Assembly: GCA_018303265.1 (NCBI GenBank)
Contig: JAGVYN010000014.1
Span: 1-56,760 of the forward strand
Length of the DNA: 56,760 bases
Reading direction: 5' to 3'
DNA from: Candidatus Woesearchaeota archaeon
Lineage (GTDB): Archaea; Nanobdellota; Nanobdellia; Woesearchaeales; GW2011-AR9
Position 1 is the stretch's first letter, and each line of letters starts with the position of its first letter. Positions 1-8,888 of the stretch are shown piece after piece. Under the pieces are notes generated by a model. That model had not been told where the DNA came from, did not search any database, and worked only from the letters and a program-made list of their open reading frames with translations. The position numbers and the translations under genes are program-made.

Positions 1-35
1 TAATCTTTATCAAAGAATACATTTTTAGTTAGATC

Positions 36-1244
36 ATGGACGTCTATGAACCGGCCGAGGACTCTTATTTATTACAAAAGCATGTCCGTCAATATGCCGC
101 AGGAAGAATTTTAGATGTAGGAACGGGTTCGGGAATTCAAGCGCTGGCCGTTGTCAGCTTAGCGGGCGTGAGGGAAGTTGTGGCTGTTGATATAAATGAA
201 ACTGCGATTCAACAGCTGCAAGACCATATTAAGAAAAACAAATTACGAAAAATAAAAGCAATCCAAAGCGACTTGTTCGAGAATGTGGACGGCCAATTTA
301 ACCTTATTATTTTCAATCCGCCGTATTTGCCGCAGGATAAAGGGATAGAAGATTCAGCATTGTATGGTGGAAAGAAAGGCTGGGAACTTTCGGAACGGTT
401 CTTTACCGAAGTTTCCCGTTATTTATTTGCGGAAGGAATGATCTTATTCTTATTTTCTTCATTAACAAACAAAGAAAAGATTGAGGAAATCATTTCCCAT
501 CATCTGTTTCAGTTTGCAGAACTTGAACGAACAAAACTTGCCTTTGAGGAGCTCTATGTATATGAAATCAAGAAATCTTCTTTATTGCGGGAATTGGAAG
601 GGAAGGGGATAGAGAACATTCATTATGTTGCGCAGGGAAAACGAGGAGTTATCTATAAAGGCGCATGGGATAAAAGTAAATTGGTAAAGTCGCATTTTCC
701 TTCCCGCAGGAACATCATTACCGTTGCCATTAAAACAAAAAAAGCAGAAAGTAAAGCTGAGGGCAGGATCGCCAATGAAGCGAAATGGCTTCCGATTCTT
801 AATAAGAAAGGGATAGGCCCTTCATTTCAGTTTTCTGGAGACAATTATCTTGTCTATGGATTTGTGGAAGGGGAGTTTATCATAGACTGGATCAAACATC
901 ATTCCAAAGAAGAAATAAAGAACATTCTTCGAGAGGTTCTGGAACAGTGTTTTATGATGGACCAGTTACGTGTCAATAAAGAAGAAATGCATCATCCCGT
1001 GAAGCATATCATTGTAACAAAAGATAATACTCCTGTCCTGATAGATTTTGAACGGTGTCATGAAACAGAACAGCCGCAGAACGTCACTCAGTTTGTGGAA
1101 TTTATCTGCCGTCTCCAGAATGAATTGCACAAAAAGGATGTGGTTATTAATCCAAAAATGGCGAGGGAACAAGCAAAAGAATATAAAGAAGAACCGACTC
1201 GATCTTCATTTCAAGCGCTTCTTCAAGCTCTCTTTTGGGATTAA
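36..1244 (+). CDS. Fusion protein: HemK/Mtq2-type NPPY SAM methyltransferase plus a C-terminal small archaeal Bud32/RIO-like kinase-like domain
   Basis: N-terminal half has VYEPAEDSYLL, DVGTGSGIQ (SAM motif I) and IIFNPPY (motif IV). C-terminal half has a GKRGVIYKG glycine loop, VAIK lysine, LIDFERC (DFG-like) and NVTQ. It is one uninterrupted ORF. Confidence 0.7.
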   Translation: MDVYEPAEDSYLLQKHVRQYAAGRILDVGTGSGIQALAVVSLAGVREVVAVDINETAIQQLQDHIKKNKLRKIKAIQSDLFENVDGQFNLIIFNPPYLPQDKGIEDSALYGGKKGWELSERFFTEVSRYLFAEGMILFLFSSLTNKEKIEEIISHHLFQFAELERTKLAFEELYVYEIKKSSLLRELEGKGIENIHYVAQGKRGVIYKGAWDKSKLVKSHFPSRRNIITVAIKTKKAESKAEGRIANEAKWLPILNKKGIGPSFQFSGDNYLVYGFVEGEFIIDWIKHHSKEEIKNILREVLEQCFMMDQLRVNKEEMHHPVKHIIVTKDNTPVLIDFERCHETEQPQNVTQFVEFICRLQNELHKKDVVINPKMAREQAKEYKEEPTRSSFQALLQALFWD

Positions 1245-1245
1245 A

Positions 1246-3120
1246 ATGAAATATACTGATGTTCCCATTCTGATGTACCATGAAATTGGGGAGCACGATT
1301 CTCCCTGGTGCGTTTCACCAAAAGCATTCGAACAGCAGATGCTCATTCTTAAACGTCATGGGTTCAGGACCATTTCTCTTCATGAATTGCGCAAAGGAAT
1401 AGAACAGAATGAAGAAACACCAGAAAAATTGGCCGTAATTACATTTGATGATGGCCGGAAGGGGGTTTATACTCACGCTCTTCCCTTGTTTCAGAAACTG
1501 GGATTTACGGGGACTATATATATTGTACCGCAATGGATTGACAGAAAAGAATCCATTCCAAACTCAGAAAAATATTCCGATTTTCTTACATGGGAAGAAT
1601 TGCGGGAATTGGCAAAACGTGGTCTTGAGATAGAATCCCATACTTTTTCACATAAAAATCTTGCTGGGCTTGATCCTCCGGCCGTTCTCCAGGAATTAGC
1701 TGAAGCCGACAGGATTATTTCAGAACGGTTTCATCTTCCTGTTCATCATTTTTCCTATCCCTACGGGCAGTTTACGACGCTCGTTCAGGAGAAAGTCTGG
1801 GAGCGTTACGCCACCGCTGTAACAGTTAAGAAAGGATTTGCGAAACTCCCGGGAGCATACGCCCGACAATGGATCCAGCGCGATACTTCGTTTGAACAGT
1901 TTCAGAAATTACTTTCCCCTCCCACTCTTTCTTTATGCATGATCGTGAAGAATGAAGAAGAATTTTTGGAGCAGTGCCTTGCTTCTGTGAAAGGTCTTGT
2001 TGATGAAATGGTGATCGTTGACACCGGCAGCAGTGATGCCACCAAAAAGATTGCCAGCGCATTTACGGATACGATCTATGACTTTGCCTGGTGTGATGAT
2101 TTTGCCGCTGCGCGCAATGAATCTCTCCGGCATGCTACGGGCGATTGGGTACTGGTGCTGGACGCTGATGAAGTTCTTGCCCCGGAAGATCATGCTGTTA
2201 TCCGGGAGAGTATCAACTCCTGGGAAATTAGCGGGTTTCAGCTTCTGACAAAAAATTACTGCAATGATTCCTCGATCATGGGCTGGCGTCCCTGCCCGCC
2301 CGCTGCTGATCCGTCGCGTAAACAGGTTCAGGGATGGTTTCCTTCGCTCAAAGTACGATTATTTCAACGGCGTGCCGGGCTGAAGTTTACCGGTGCAGTG
2401 CATGAGATGGTCGATTCAAGCATTACTTCTTTGGGAGGAAGGATCGCTTCCTGTCCTGTGCTTGTGCATCACTATGGAACGTTACAGCTGCAGGCTTCTC
2501 ATAAAACGGGAAAGTACCTGGAGTTAAATAAAAAGAAGACAGCTGAAAATCCCCTCGATGCCAAAGCCTTTTTTGAGCTGGGAATTCAGTATAAAGAATT
2601 AGGCCGGTTTGCATTGGCAGAAGAAGCACTGGAACGTTCTCTGGCGTTGGATTCACAGCTGCTGCCGTTGCTCAATCTGGCCATCATCCAGCAGAAGCAG
2701 GATAAATTTGATCAGGCTATCCAGACTTTTTTTAAAGTATTGGAAAAAAAGGAAAAAACTGCCGAGGCGCATTTCGGCCTGGGATTCTGTTTCTTTCGTA
2801 AACATCAACTAGAAGAATCGGCAAACCATTTCCAATCGGCTATCGGTATTGATCCTTTGCACCTTGATGCCTATATCAATCTAGGTGCGGTGTATGAAAA
2901 ACAGGGAAAATATCCTGCTGCGATTACTATATTAAAGATGGCGCTGAGAATTTCTCCGGATAATGGCAGGTGTCATTATAATTTAGGTGTTGCGTATGAA
3001 AAAACAGGGAATCTTTCTCTGGCTCTGCATGCATATCAGAAAGCTTTAGATTCGGGGTATGTTCGCAAGGACGAGTTGCAGGAAAGGATAACGAAAATAA
3101 AACAGTTTATGGGAACATAG
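1246..3120 (+). CDS. Three-domain protein: NodB-type polysaccharide deacetylase + family 2 glycosyltransferase + C-terminal TPR repeats
   Basis: Start moved to the in-frame ATG at 1246, 1 nt after the upstream stop (MKYTDVPILMYHEIG). Motifs: ITFDDG and HTFSH (NodB); MIVKNEE...VDTGSSD...DADE (GT2); repeated A-x-x-x-Y/F-x-x-A-L TPR units at the C-terminus. Confidence 0.75.
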   Translation: MKYTDVPILMYHEIGEHDSPWCVSPKAFEQQMLILKRHGFRTISLHELRKGIEQNEETPEKLAVITFDDGRKGVYTHALPLFQKLGFTGTIYIVPQWIDRKESIPNSEKYSDFLTWEELRELAKRGLEIESHTFSHKNLAGLDPPAVLQELAEADRIISERFHLPVHHFSYPYGQFTTLVQEKVWERYATAVTVKKGFAKLPGAYARQWIQRDTSFEQFQKLLSPPTLSLCMIVKNEEEFLEQCLASVKGLVDEMVIVDTGSSDATKKIASAFTDTIYDFAWCDDFAAARNESLRHATGDWVLVLDADEVLAPEDHAVIRESINSWEISGFQLLTKNYCNDSSIMGWRPCPPAADPSRKQVQGWFPSLKVRLFQRRAGLKFTGAVHEMVDSSITSLGGRIASCPVLVHHYGTLQLQASHKTGKYLELNKKKTAENPLDAKAFFELGIQYKELGRFALAEEALERSLALDSQLLPLLNLAIIQQKQDKFDQAIQTFFKVLEKKEKTAEAHFGLGFCFFRKHQLEESANHFQSAIGIDPLHLDAYINLGAVYEKQGKYPAAITILKMALRISPDNGRCHYNLGVAYEKTGNLSLALHAYQKALDSGYVRKDELQERITKIKQFMGT

Positions 3121-3141
3121 TGAACATTCCGTAGTGAACAT

Positions 3142-3813
3142 TCAATAAAACTCCGTCTTATTATTATAATATATGCCTTTCTTGAGTTCTACCGGCCGCC
3201 AGGAATCCTGAACGAGGGTTGCTCCCAACCAGGCGGCGAGTTCTTGAGGGTTGCCGATTGTTGCAGATAATCCAATAATCTGAGCTTGGAGAAGTTTTTT
3301 GAGCAGGGTTAGGACAATTTCCAGCGTTGGGCCGCGAGAAGGGTCGTTCAAGAGATGTATTTCATCAATAATAATGGTTTTAACTTCCGTCAGCCACTGT
3401 ACTTTATGGCGAAGAATCGAATCCAATTTTTCTACAGTAAGGATAAGAAGATTATATTTTGCAAGATAGGAAAAGTCTGCCTCTTCTGTATTTCCCACCG
3501 AAAGTATTGTTTTATACGGAGTCTTCTCAAAAAGCCGCTGGTATTCTTTGTATTTTTCGCTGGCCAGCGCTTTCAAAGGAACTAAATAAATAGCTTTTCC
3601 TTGGTCTAGCGAATTGGCAATGGCCATCGTGGCAATGAAGGTTTTTCCTGATGCTGTCGGCGCGCAGACGAGGAGCGATTTTCGTTGAAGTACTCCAGCA
3701 TCGACTGCTTTTTGCTGAACTGGCGTAAGCGTGGTAAATTTATGGGTGTTACGATAATATTCTATAACGAAATCAGGAATGGGAAGGTCCTTAAGTTGGC
3801 TTTCTGAGTTCAT
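3142..3813 (-). pseudogene. Hel308/Ski2-like SF2 helicase, N-terminal RecA1 domain only (truncated)
   Basis: Q motif LTPVQQKAV, Walker A APTASGKT, DEIH box, motif III LSATIGN. The ORF ends just after DSWRPVELKKGIYY, where homologues continue for several hundred aa. I see no continuation in any frame. Confidence 0.5.
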
Positions 3814-4240
3814 GAAAAAAAGATCACGAAAAGGTTTATATGTTTTTAGGCTTTCGACGTAGAAATGGCAGAAAAAGAAAGGAGAATGTGTTTCTCCCGC
3901 GCATTTTTACAAACAAGAGCAAAAATAGAACGTAGTTCTAGTTTACACAATTTGTTATTCAATAATGATGAAACCCTAATTCGTAAAAATTTCTTGATTT
4001 CGGACTGTAATTCGTTATTTATTCTTTTCACGAATGGTATTTTTGCGAAAGGCTTATAAATCGTTTTCTGCTCATCTCAGGTAACCCTCGTGGTATTCCG
4101 TCAGATCTATCGATGGAAAACAATTCAACCTTAAAATCGAAAAGGTTCGCCTTTGGGCTGGCCCTTCGAAATTTTTACGGGGTGAATTAGAGGGGTAAAA
4201 AAAGAATCGATTGAGGTACCAAATCGATCGAGATATACTC

Positions 4241-4260
4241 GTACAAATAAAAATTTGTAC
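4241..4260. promoter_or_regulatory. Perfect 8-4-8 palindrome GTACAAAT-AAAA-ATTTGTAC in the S-layer gene promoter region
   Basis: Read directly. It lies 42 nt upstream of the S-layer ATG and overlaps the only A/T-rich TATA-like stretch there. Confidence 0.3.
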
Positions 4261-4301
4261 AAACAAAAAAAGACATATTCAAACACGGAGGTGTGTTTTA
4301 A

Positions 4302-6983
4302 ATGAAAGTAAAAAGAATGGTGAAGCGCATGTTCGCTGTAGGAACGGGCGTAGCAATGCTCGGTGCAACAGCAATGGGCGCATTAGCAGCAGATTTGAAA
4401 AGTTACCCTGGTATGTTTGTTGATAATGGGGTATTCAATGGGCTGCTTGTCGTTGGTGATACTGCAAAGCCAATAGATAATTTGGCAGTCACGGATATCG
4501 CTGCTGGAATGAAGTACGTTAAACCTTCAGCCACCACAACTGTTTCTGTAGAAGGAGACGCTTGGATGGTTGGGACTAGTTCTAAGAGTTATGAACTGGC
4601 GAACAATAACGCAACCGGCAGTTCTATTGGCGGTGAGTCATGGCGGGATATTAACACTTTTATTGGCGACGACGAGTTAGCTGCTCTAAGTGATGGAACT
4701 TGGGCAACGAATGAAAATGAATATGCTTTCCAGCAATTCATGTTCTTTGATGCAGACAGCGTCAATAATGAAAGGAACAGGATTGTCAAGTACGATGAAA
4801 ATGACAAGGATGTCAGTGCTGACCATCTTTTCCTTGGAAATGGAAAACAAATTGCCCGATATAAGTTAGAGTTCAGTTCCACGGCGCAGTCAGACGTGAC
4901 TGATTCTGCTGGTTCGGCAGACACAACTGGTACATACTTGGACGACTTTGAAAACACGGAACTTTCCATGTTAGGAAAACCATACAAAGTTGTTCTGGCA
5001 CGACGGCCTGCTTCAGGACCACAGGGTGGCGGCGGAAGTATTAAATTAACTTTAATGGCCGGCGCAGCTCGTGATACCTTATTAGAAGGGGAAACGCAGA
5101 CCTATACTGTTGGCGACAAAACGTATGAAGTTACCCTTACTTTCGTTGATGCTGATGAAGGGCTGTTTACCGTAAATGGTGAAAAAACGAACAAGCTCAA
5201 AGTAGGGGAGACCTATGTTCTCAGTGACAAGAGCGAAGTTGGTGTGAGCGAAGTTCTCTACCAAGATTATGCTGGTGGGGTGCACTCGGTAACCTTCTTC
5301 GTTGGCGCTTCAAAAATGGAATTGCGAGACGACGACATTGGTGATGCCACGGGTGCGTACAATGTCAAAGTTGGTTCTGAAGACATTGATGGAACAACGG
5401 TAATCGTTACGGGCACTGATGATAACAGCACATTTACCGTAAGTACCGTTGAAGTGAACATGACGGCTGAAGATGACTTCTTTGTCAGTACTGAAGGAAA
5501 GTTAAGTGATGTTATTACTGCAGCTGGCGAAGAGAAAGAAGTTTTGATGGCAGGCAGTTTTGACATTGAATACAAAGGTTTGACTGATGAAAAAACGCAC
5601 GACTTACAGTTGAAGACATCTTCTTCAAGAAGGTACAAGTTAGTGTTGTTTGATGGGGATGGTAAAGCTGTAGATATCCCTGTTGCTTACGCAGAAAGTG
5701 CAACCAACCTGAGTGCTGGTGAAGATACGCAAGTCGGTGCAACCAGGAATAATTGGAAAGCTCTGAAGTTGAACGAGACTGCCAATAACGTAAATGGTGT
5801 AGACATTACCAGTATACATAAAGACGACTACTTTGTTGTAACTGGTGGAACGGCTGGCGATGGTTCAGCTAAGTCTTACTTGTTGCAGTACAAGGGTGCG
5901 GATAGGCAATCAAAGTCAAGCCCGAAAATTAAATTAAAGAACCTAGGAAGTGCGGAAACATTGGAGTACTCTGTAACAACCGTTGCCGCTGGTACTACTG
6001 GTACAGTAGCAACGATTAAATTGGGCGGATATTCGTTCCTTGTTCAGAACGCATCGTCTGCTCAAGCTGATGACTTCAATATTGCTGTGGACATGGATGG
6101 TTCAGGTGCTGTTTCGACTGCGGCAGCTCCGGGTAGTCTAATTACCTTCGTTGATTCATTTGGTTCGCAGTGGACCCCAGGCGGAGGAGACGGACCTTAC
6201 AGTGGACAGAATGGTTCTCAAGTTGGTACTGACAACTCTTCAGGCGGATCTGGTGCAAACTTTGGTCTTGTCTGGAATATGACCACACCAAATGCTGACG
6301 ATTTTGACCAAGTGACACCAAGTGCCATTTCGTTAAACATCTCGGCAACCACCGGCCCAGAAGTACGTGCTGCTTTATCAGGTGTAACATTACTTACCCC
6401 TGATGGTGAAACAGAAGTAAGTTACGGCTATACTTCCATGGGTACATGGATCAAGTTCAGTGAACCAAGCGGGGACCCAGATGAGTTAACCCTAGGGTAC
6501 CCTGTGAAGCAGAAATTGCCACAAGTGTACTTCACCAGTGGTGCAACAACAACGACATCCACGGCAGCTGGAGATTTAACAACTGTTGAAGGTGTTGTTG
6601 GCGCAAGCAAACTTGCCAGTGAAGTGACTGACACAAAAGCGCAGAACTTAATTTTGGTAGGCGGACCATGTGTTAACACCATTGCTGCTGAATTGCTTGG
6701 CAACCCAACTGACTGTGCGGAAGGATTCCGGCCTGGTGTAGCGCGTGTTAAATTGTTCGAACACGCAAACGGTAACGTGGCTATGCTTGTTGCAGGATAT
6801 TCCGGAGAAGACACAAGACTAGCTGGTTTAGTTGTTGCAAAAAGATGGACAGACGCAAACTTCAAAGGTATGGAAGTTGAAGTTGAAGGTACAACTTACA
6901 GCGATGCAACCATCGGTGCTCCAACTGTAAAAACTGAAGCAGTAGTGGAAGAAACCACAACAGAAGAAACAACAACTGAATAA
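4302..6983 (+). CDS. S-layer (surface layer) protein
   Basis: Signal peptide MKVKRMVKRMFAVGTGVAMLGATAMGALA followed by ADLKSYPGMFV. Many N-x-S/T sequons and low K/R content. C-terminal NLILVGGPCVN motif and a T/E-rich tail. GGAGGTG SD at 4287-4293. Confidence 0.8.
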   Translation: MKVKRMVKRMFAVGTGVAMLGATAMGALAADLKSYPGMFVDNGVFNGLLVVGDTAKPIDNLAVTDIAAGMKYVKPSATTTVSVEGDAWMVGTSSKSYELANNNATGSSIGGESWRDINTFIGDDELAALSDGTWATNENEYAFQQFMFFDADSVNNERNRIVKYDENDKDVSADHLFLGNGKQIARYKLEFSSTAQSDVTDSAGSADTTGTYLDDFENTELSMLGKPYKVVLARRPASGPQGGGGSIKLTLMAGAARDTLLEGETQTYTVGDKTYEVTLTFVDADEGLFTVNGEKTNKLKVGETYVLSDKSEVGVSEVLYQDYAGGVHSVTFFVGASKMELRDDDIGDATGAYNVKVGSEDIDGTTVIVTGTDDNSTFTVSTVEVNMTAEDDFFVSTEGKLSDVITAAGEEKEVLMAGSFDIEYKGLTDEKTHDLQLKTSSSRRYKLVLFDGDGKAVDIPVAYAESATNLSAGEDTQVGATRNNWKALKLNETANNVNGVDITSIHKDDYFVVTGGTAGDGSAKSYLLQYKGADRQSKSSPKIKLKNLGSAETLEYSVTTVAAGTTGTVATIKLGGYSFLVQNASSAQADDFNIAVDMDGSGAVSTAAAPGSLITFVDSFGSQWTPGGGDGPYSGQNGSQVGTDNSSGGSGANFGLVWNMTTPNADDFDQVTPSAISLNISATTGPEVRAALSGVTLLTPDGETEVSYGYTSMGTWIKFSEPSGDPDELTLGYPVKQKLPQVYFTSGATTTTSTAAGDLTTVEGVVGASKLASEVTDTKAQNLILVGGPCVNTIAAELLGNPTDCAEGFRPGVARVKLFEHANGNVAMLVAGYSGEDTRLAGLVVAKRWTDANFKGMEVEVEGTTYSDATIGAPTVKTEAVVEETTTEETTTE

Positions 6984-6994
6984 GCCTAAAAAGC

Positions 6995-7019
6995 TTTTTC
7001 TTTTTTTTTCTTTTTTTTT
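6995..7019 (+). terminator. Oligo-T archaeal terminator after the S-layer gene
   Basis: TTTTTCTTTTTTTTTCTTTTTTTTT begins 12 nt after the stop codon. Confidence 0.5.
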
Positions 7020-7052
7020 ACTGGATTTTATTTATCGTTGATTTTGGAGAAA

Positions 7053-7072
7053 ATATCTTTGGAAAAAGATAT
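7053..7072. promoter_or_regulatory. 8-4-8 palindrome ATATCTTT-GGAA-AAAGATAT just upstream of a TATA box (AAATATATAAAG, ~7084-7095)
   Basis: Read directly. The TATA box sits about 30 nt before the GTG start at 7123. Confidence 0.3.
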
Positions 7073-7122
7073 ACTATGGAAAAAAATATATAAAGGCGAA
7101 TCGCTTTCTGAAGGACAAAGAG

Positions 7123-8178
7123 GTGACTACTATTACTTATAAGAAATATATCCCAATAGTATTGCTTGTATTTCTGGTTATCACTTCATTCCTCATATTA
7201 AAACCTCTTCTCCTGTCTATTCTGTTAGGGGCATTGTTTGCTTTTATTTCGTATCCTTTGTATAAGATCGTAAAAAGAAAACGTGAAATCTTACCAGCTC
7301 TTTTCGTATGTATCTTTGTGCTGGCAATTCTGGTTGTCCCTACTGGTTTCTTCATTAAATTTCTGGTGAAAGAATCTTTTGCTTTATTTCTGTTAGTAAA
7401 ACAAAAATTAGCTGTCGGCTTATTTCAAAATTGTACAAACCAGTTCTGCCTCTATTTTCAAGAGGCAGGAACCACCCCTGCAATTCAATATCAAATTCAA
7501 GAGATAAGCAAGGCTATTACCAATACCATTATCAGCAAGGGGTCTGCTTTCCTCTTGAGCGTTCCTCTAATTATGCTTAATCTGTTCGTCATTTTCTTTA
7601 CGATGTTTTATTTTTTGAAAGATGGTCACCGTTTTATAGAGCAGCTTCCTCGATTTTTAGGAATACAAACAGAAAAGTTTGTTCATATTATGCAGCGTTT
7701 GCAGGAAATAACCCATGGATTAGTGTACGGTTATTTCCTTGTAGCACTTGTTCAAGGCGCGTTAGGGGCTATTGGCTTCTTTATCTTTGGCGTTCCCTCT
7801 CCCTTGTTCTGGGGTTTAGTTATGGCTCTTTTTGCTCTCATTCCTCTTCTAGGAACAGGATTGGTGTGGGTTCCTGCTTCCCTTATTCTCTTTTTGAATG
7901 GTGTATTCCAGGATTCCTCTGGTTTGATGTTAAAAGGTATCTTACTCTTTGGATATTCTTTTATTTTTGTGGGATTTGCCGATAACCTTCTGCGGCCGAA
8001 ATTGATAGGAAAGAAAGCAAAGATTCATCCGGCGATTATCTTGCTGGGCATTTTTGGCGGCGTGTTTCTCTTTGGCGCATTAGGAGTAATCATTGGACCT
8101 GTTGTCCTTGCTCTGACATCTGTTTTTTTTACGATGTATGTTGTGAAAGAAGAAATAGATATAAAGAATAATTTTTAG
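7123..8178 (+). CDS. AI-2E family transporter (PerM/UPF0118-like permease)
   Basis: Multi-TM protein with FLKDGHRF and ADNLLRPKLIGK motifs typical of the family. GTG start. Confidence 0.75.
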   Translation: MTTITYKKYIPIVLLVFLVITSFLILKPLLLSILLGALFAFISYPLYKIVKRKREILPALFVCIFVLAILVVPTGFFIKFLVKESFALFLLVKQKLAVGLFQNCTNQFCLYFQEAGTTPAIQYQIQEISKAITNTIISKGSAFLLSVPLIMLNLFVIFFTMFYFLKDGHRFIEQLPRFLGIQTEKFVHIMQRLQEITHGLVYGYFLVALVQGALGAIGFFIFGVPSPLFWGLVMALFALIPLLGTGLVWVPASLILFLNGVFQDSSGLMLKGILLFGYSFIFVGFADNLLRPKLIGKKAKIHPAIILLGIFGGVFLFGALGVIIGPVVLALTSVFFTMYVVKEEIDIKNNF

Positions 8179-8199
8179 TAAGAAAAGAGTAAGAAGATT

Positions 8200-8609
8200 T
8201 TAGTAAGAAGAATATGATTTTTTTGAGTATGATATCAACTGCTGGAGATATGTCTGAATGTTAATCTCCTCCGAAACGTGCCGTAGATAAAATCCAGAGC
8301 CAAGATTAATGGAATACGTTTTAAACATTCTATCAAGAAGATTATGTTCTGGCGCGGTGTTTATAATTTCCGTGTATCTTATCTCTTTTTTGTTAAATCT
8401 GATTTTGTCGCGGAAAAATTGGTATGGAAGCCGAGACCGTTGAACTGCTGTAATTATGCCGATGATAATGAGGCAATATTCAGCAGGATGCCTATATAGA
8501 AGAGGGTTCCTAATATCAGAAAAGATACAAGCTTTGGAATAAGCGCTCGTGTTGTTTGCTGGTGCAGTTCGTAGATCGGTTGTTCTTGAGCTGGTTGTTG
8601 AAATGGCAT
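8200..8609 (-). pseudogene. Small membrane protein with a bPH_2 (YdbS/YdbT-like) domain, frameshifted
   Basis: The ATG at 8609 gives MPFQQPAQEQPIYELHQQTTRALIPKLVSFLILGTLFYIGILLNIASLSSA-stop at 8454. A second frame stays open across the junction: ...LIIIGIITAVQRSRLPYQFFRDKIRFNKKEIRYTEIINTAPEHNLLDRMFKTYSINLGSGFYLRHV... to the stop at 8200. The span is 410 nt, not a multiple of 3. Confidence 0.4.
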
Positions 8610-8686
8610 ATCTTTCAAATTACGTGTTAATTTATATTCTTTATGTACTTATTAAGTTCACTCTTTCATGAGAATAAAAAATAAAA

Positions 8687-8790
8687 TGGACCCAGCCGGA
8701 TTTGAACCGGCGATCTCCCGCGAGTCAGGCGGACGTCCTGTATGGCGCATTTTCACTACTTTTTATGCGTAGCCACTAGACCATGGGTCC
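8687..8790 (-). tRNA. tRNA-Val (GAC) with a 31-nt non-canonical intron in the D-loop (8740-8770)
   Basis: After removing 31 nt the cloverleaf is: acceptor GGACCCA/UGGGUCC, D stem GUCU/GGAC, anticodon stem UCCGC/GCGGG, loop CUGACUC, T arm GCCGG-UUCAAAU-CCGGC, discriminator A. A BHB motif surrounds the insert. No CCA is encoded. Confidence 0.8.
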
Positions 8791-8888
8791 ATCTTTTTTT
8801 ATTTTTGGCGCTTCTTTATTAAATTTTTGTGCGAATAGTTGAGTCGTAATCAAAAAACTTATATTCTCGACAAGGAAAACACTTAGTT

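Noticed and set aside
1048-1245. N-terminal 66-codon extension of the deacetylase-GT2-TPR ORF overlapping the upstream gene
   Set aside because: The extension overlaps the end of the methyltransferase-kinase CDS and has junk-like sequence. The ATG at 1246, right after the upstream stop, begins the conserved NodB domain.
3964-4010. AATGATGA...GGACTGTA as a C/D box sRNA in the long S-layer upstream spacer
   Set aside because: Only a C-box-like ATGATGA is present. There is no proper CUGA D box, no C'/D' pair and no terminal stem.
3846-4266. 61-64-aa ORFs on both strands in the 490-bp region upstream of the S-layer gene
   Set aside because: They overlap one another, lack SD or TATA signals, and have low-complexity products. 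Probably a long untranslated or promoter region.
4589-6865. Several 67-145-aa minus-strand ORFs inside the S-layer gene
   Set aside because: They are antisense shadow ORFs fully contained in a much longer, well-supported CDS. They have no start signals and odd composition.
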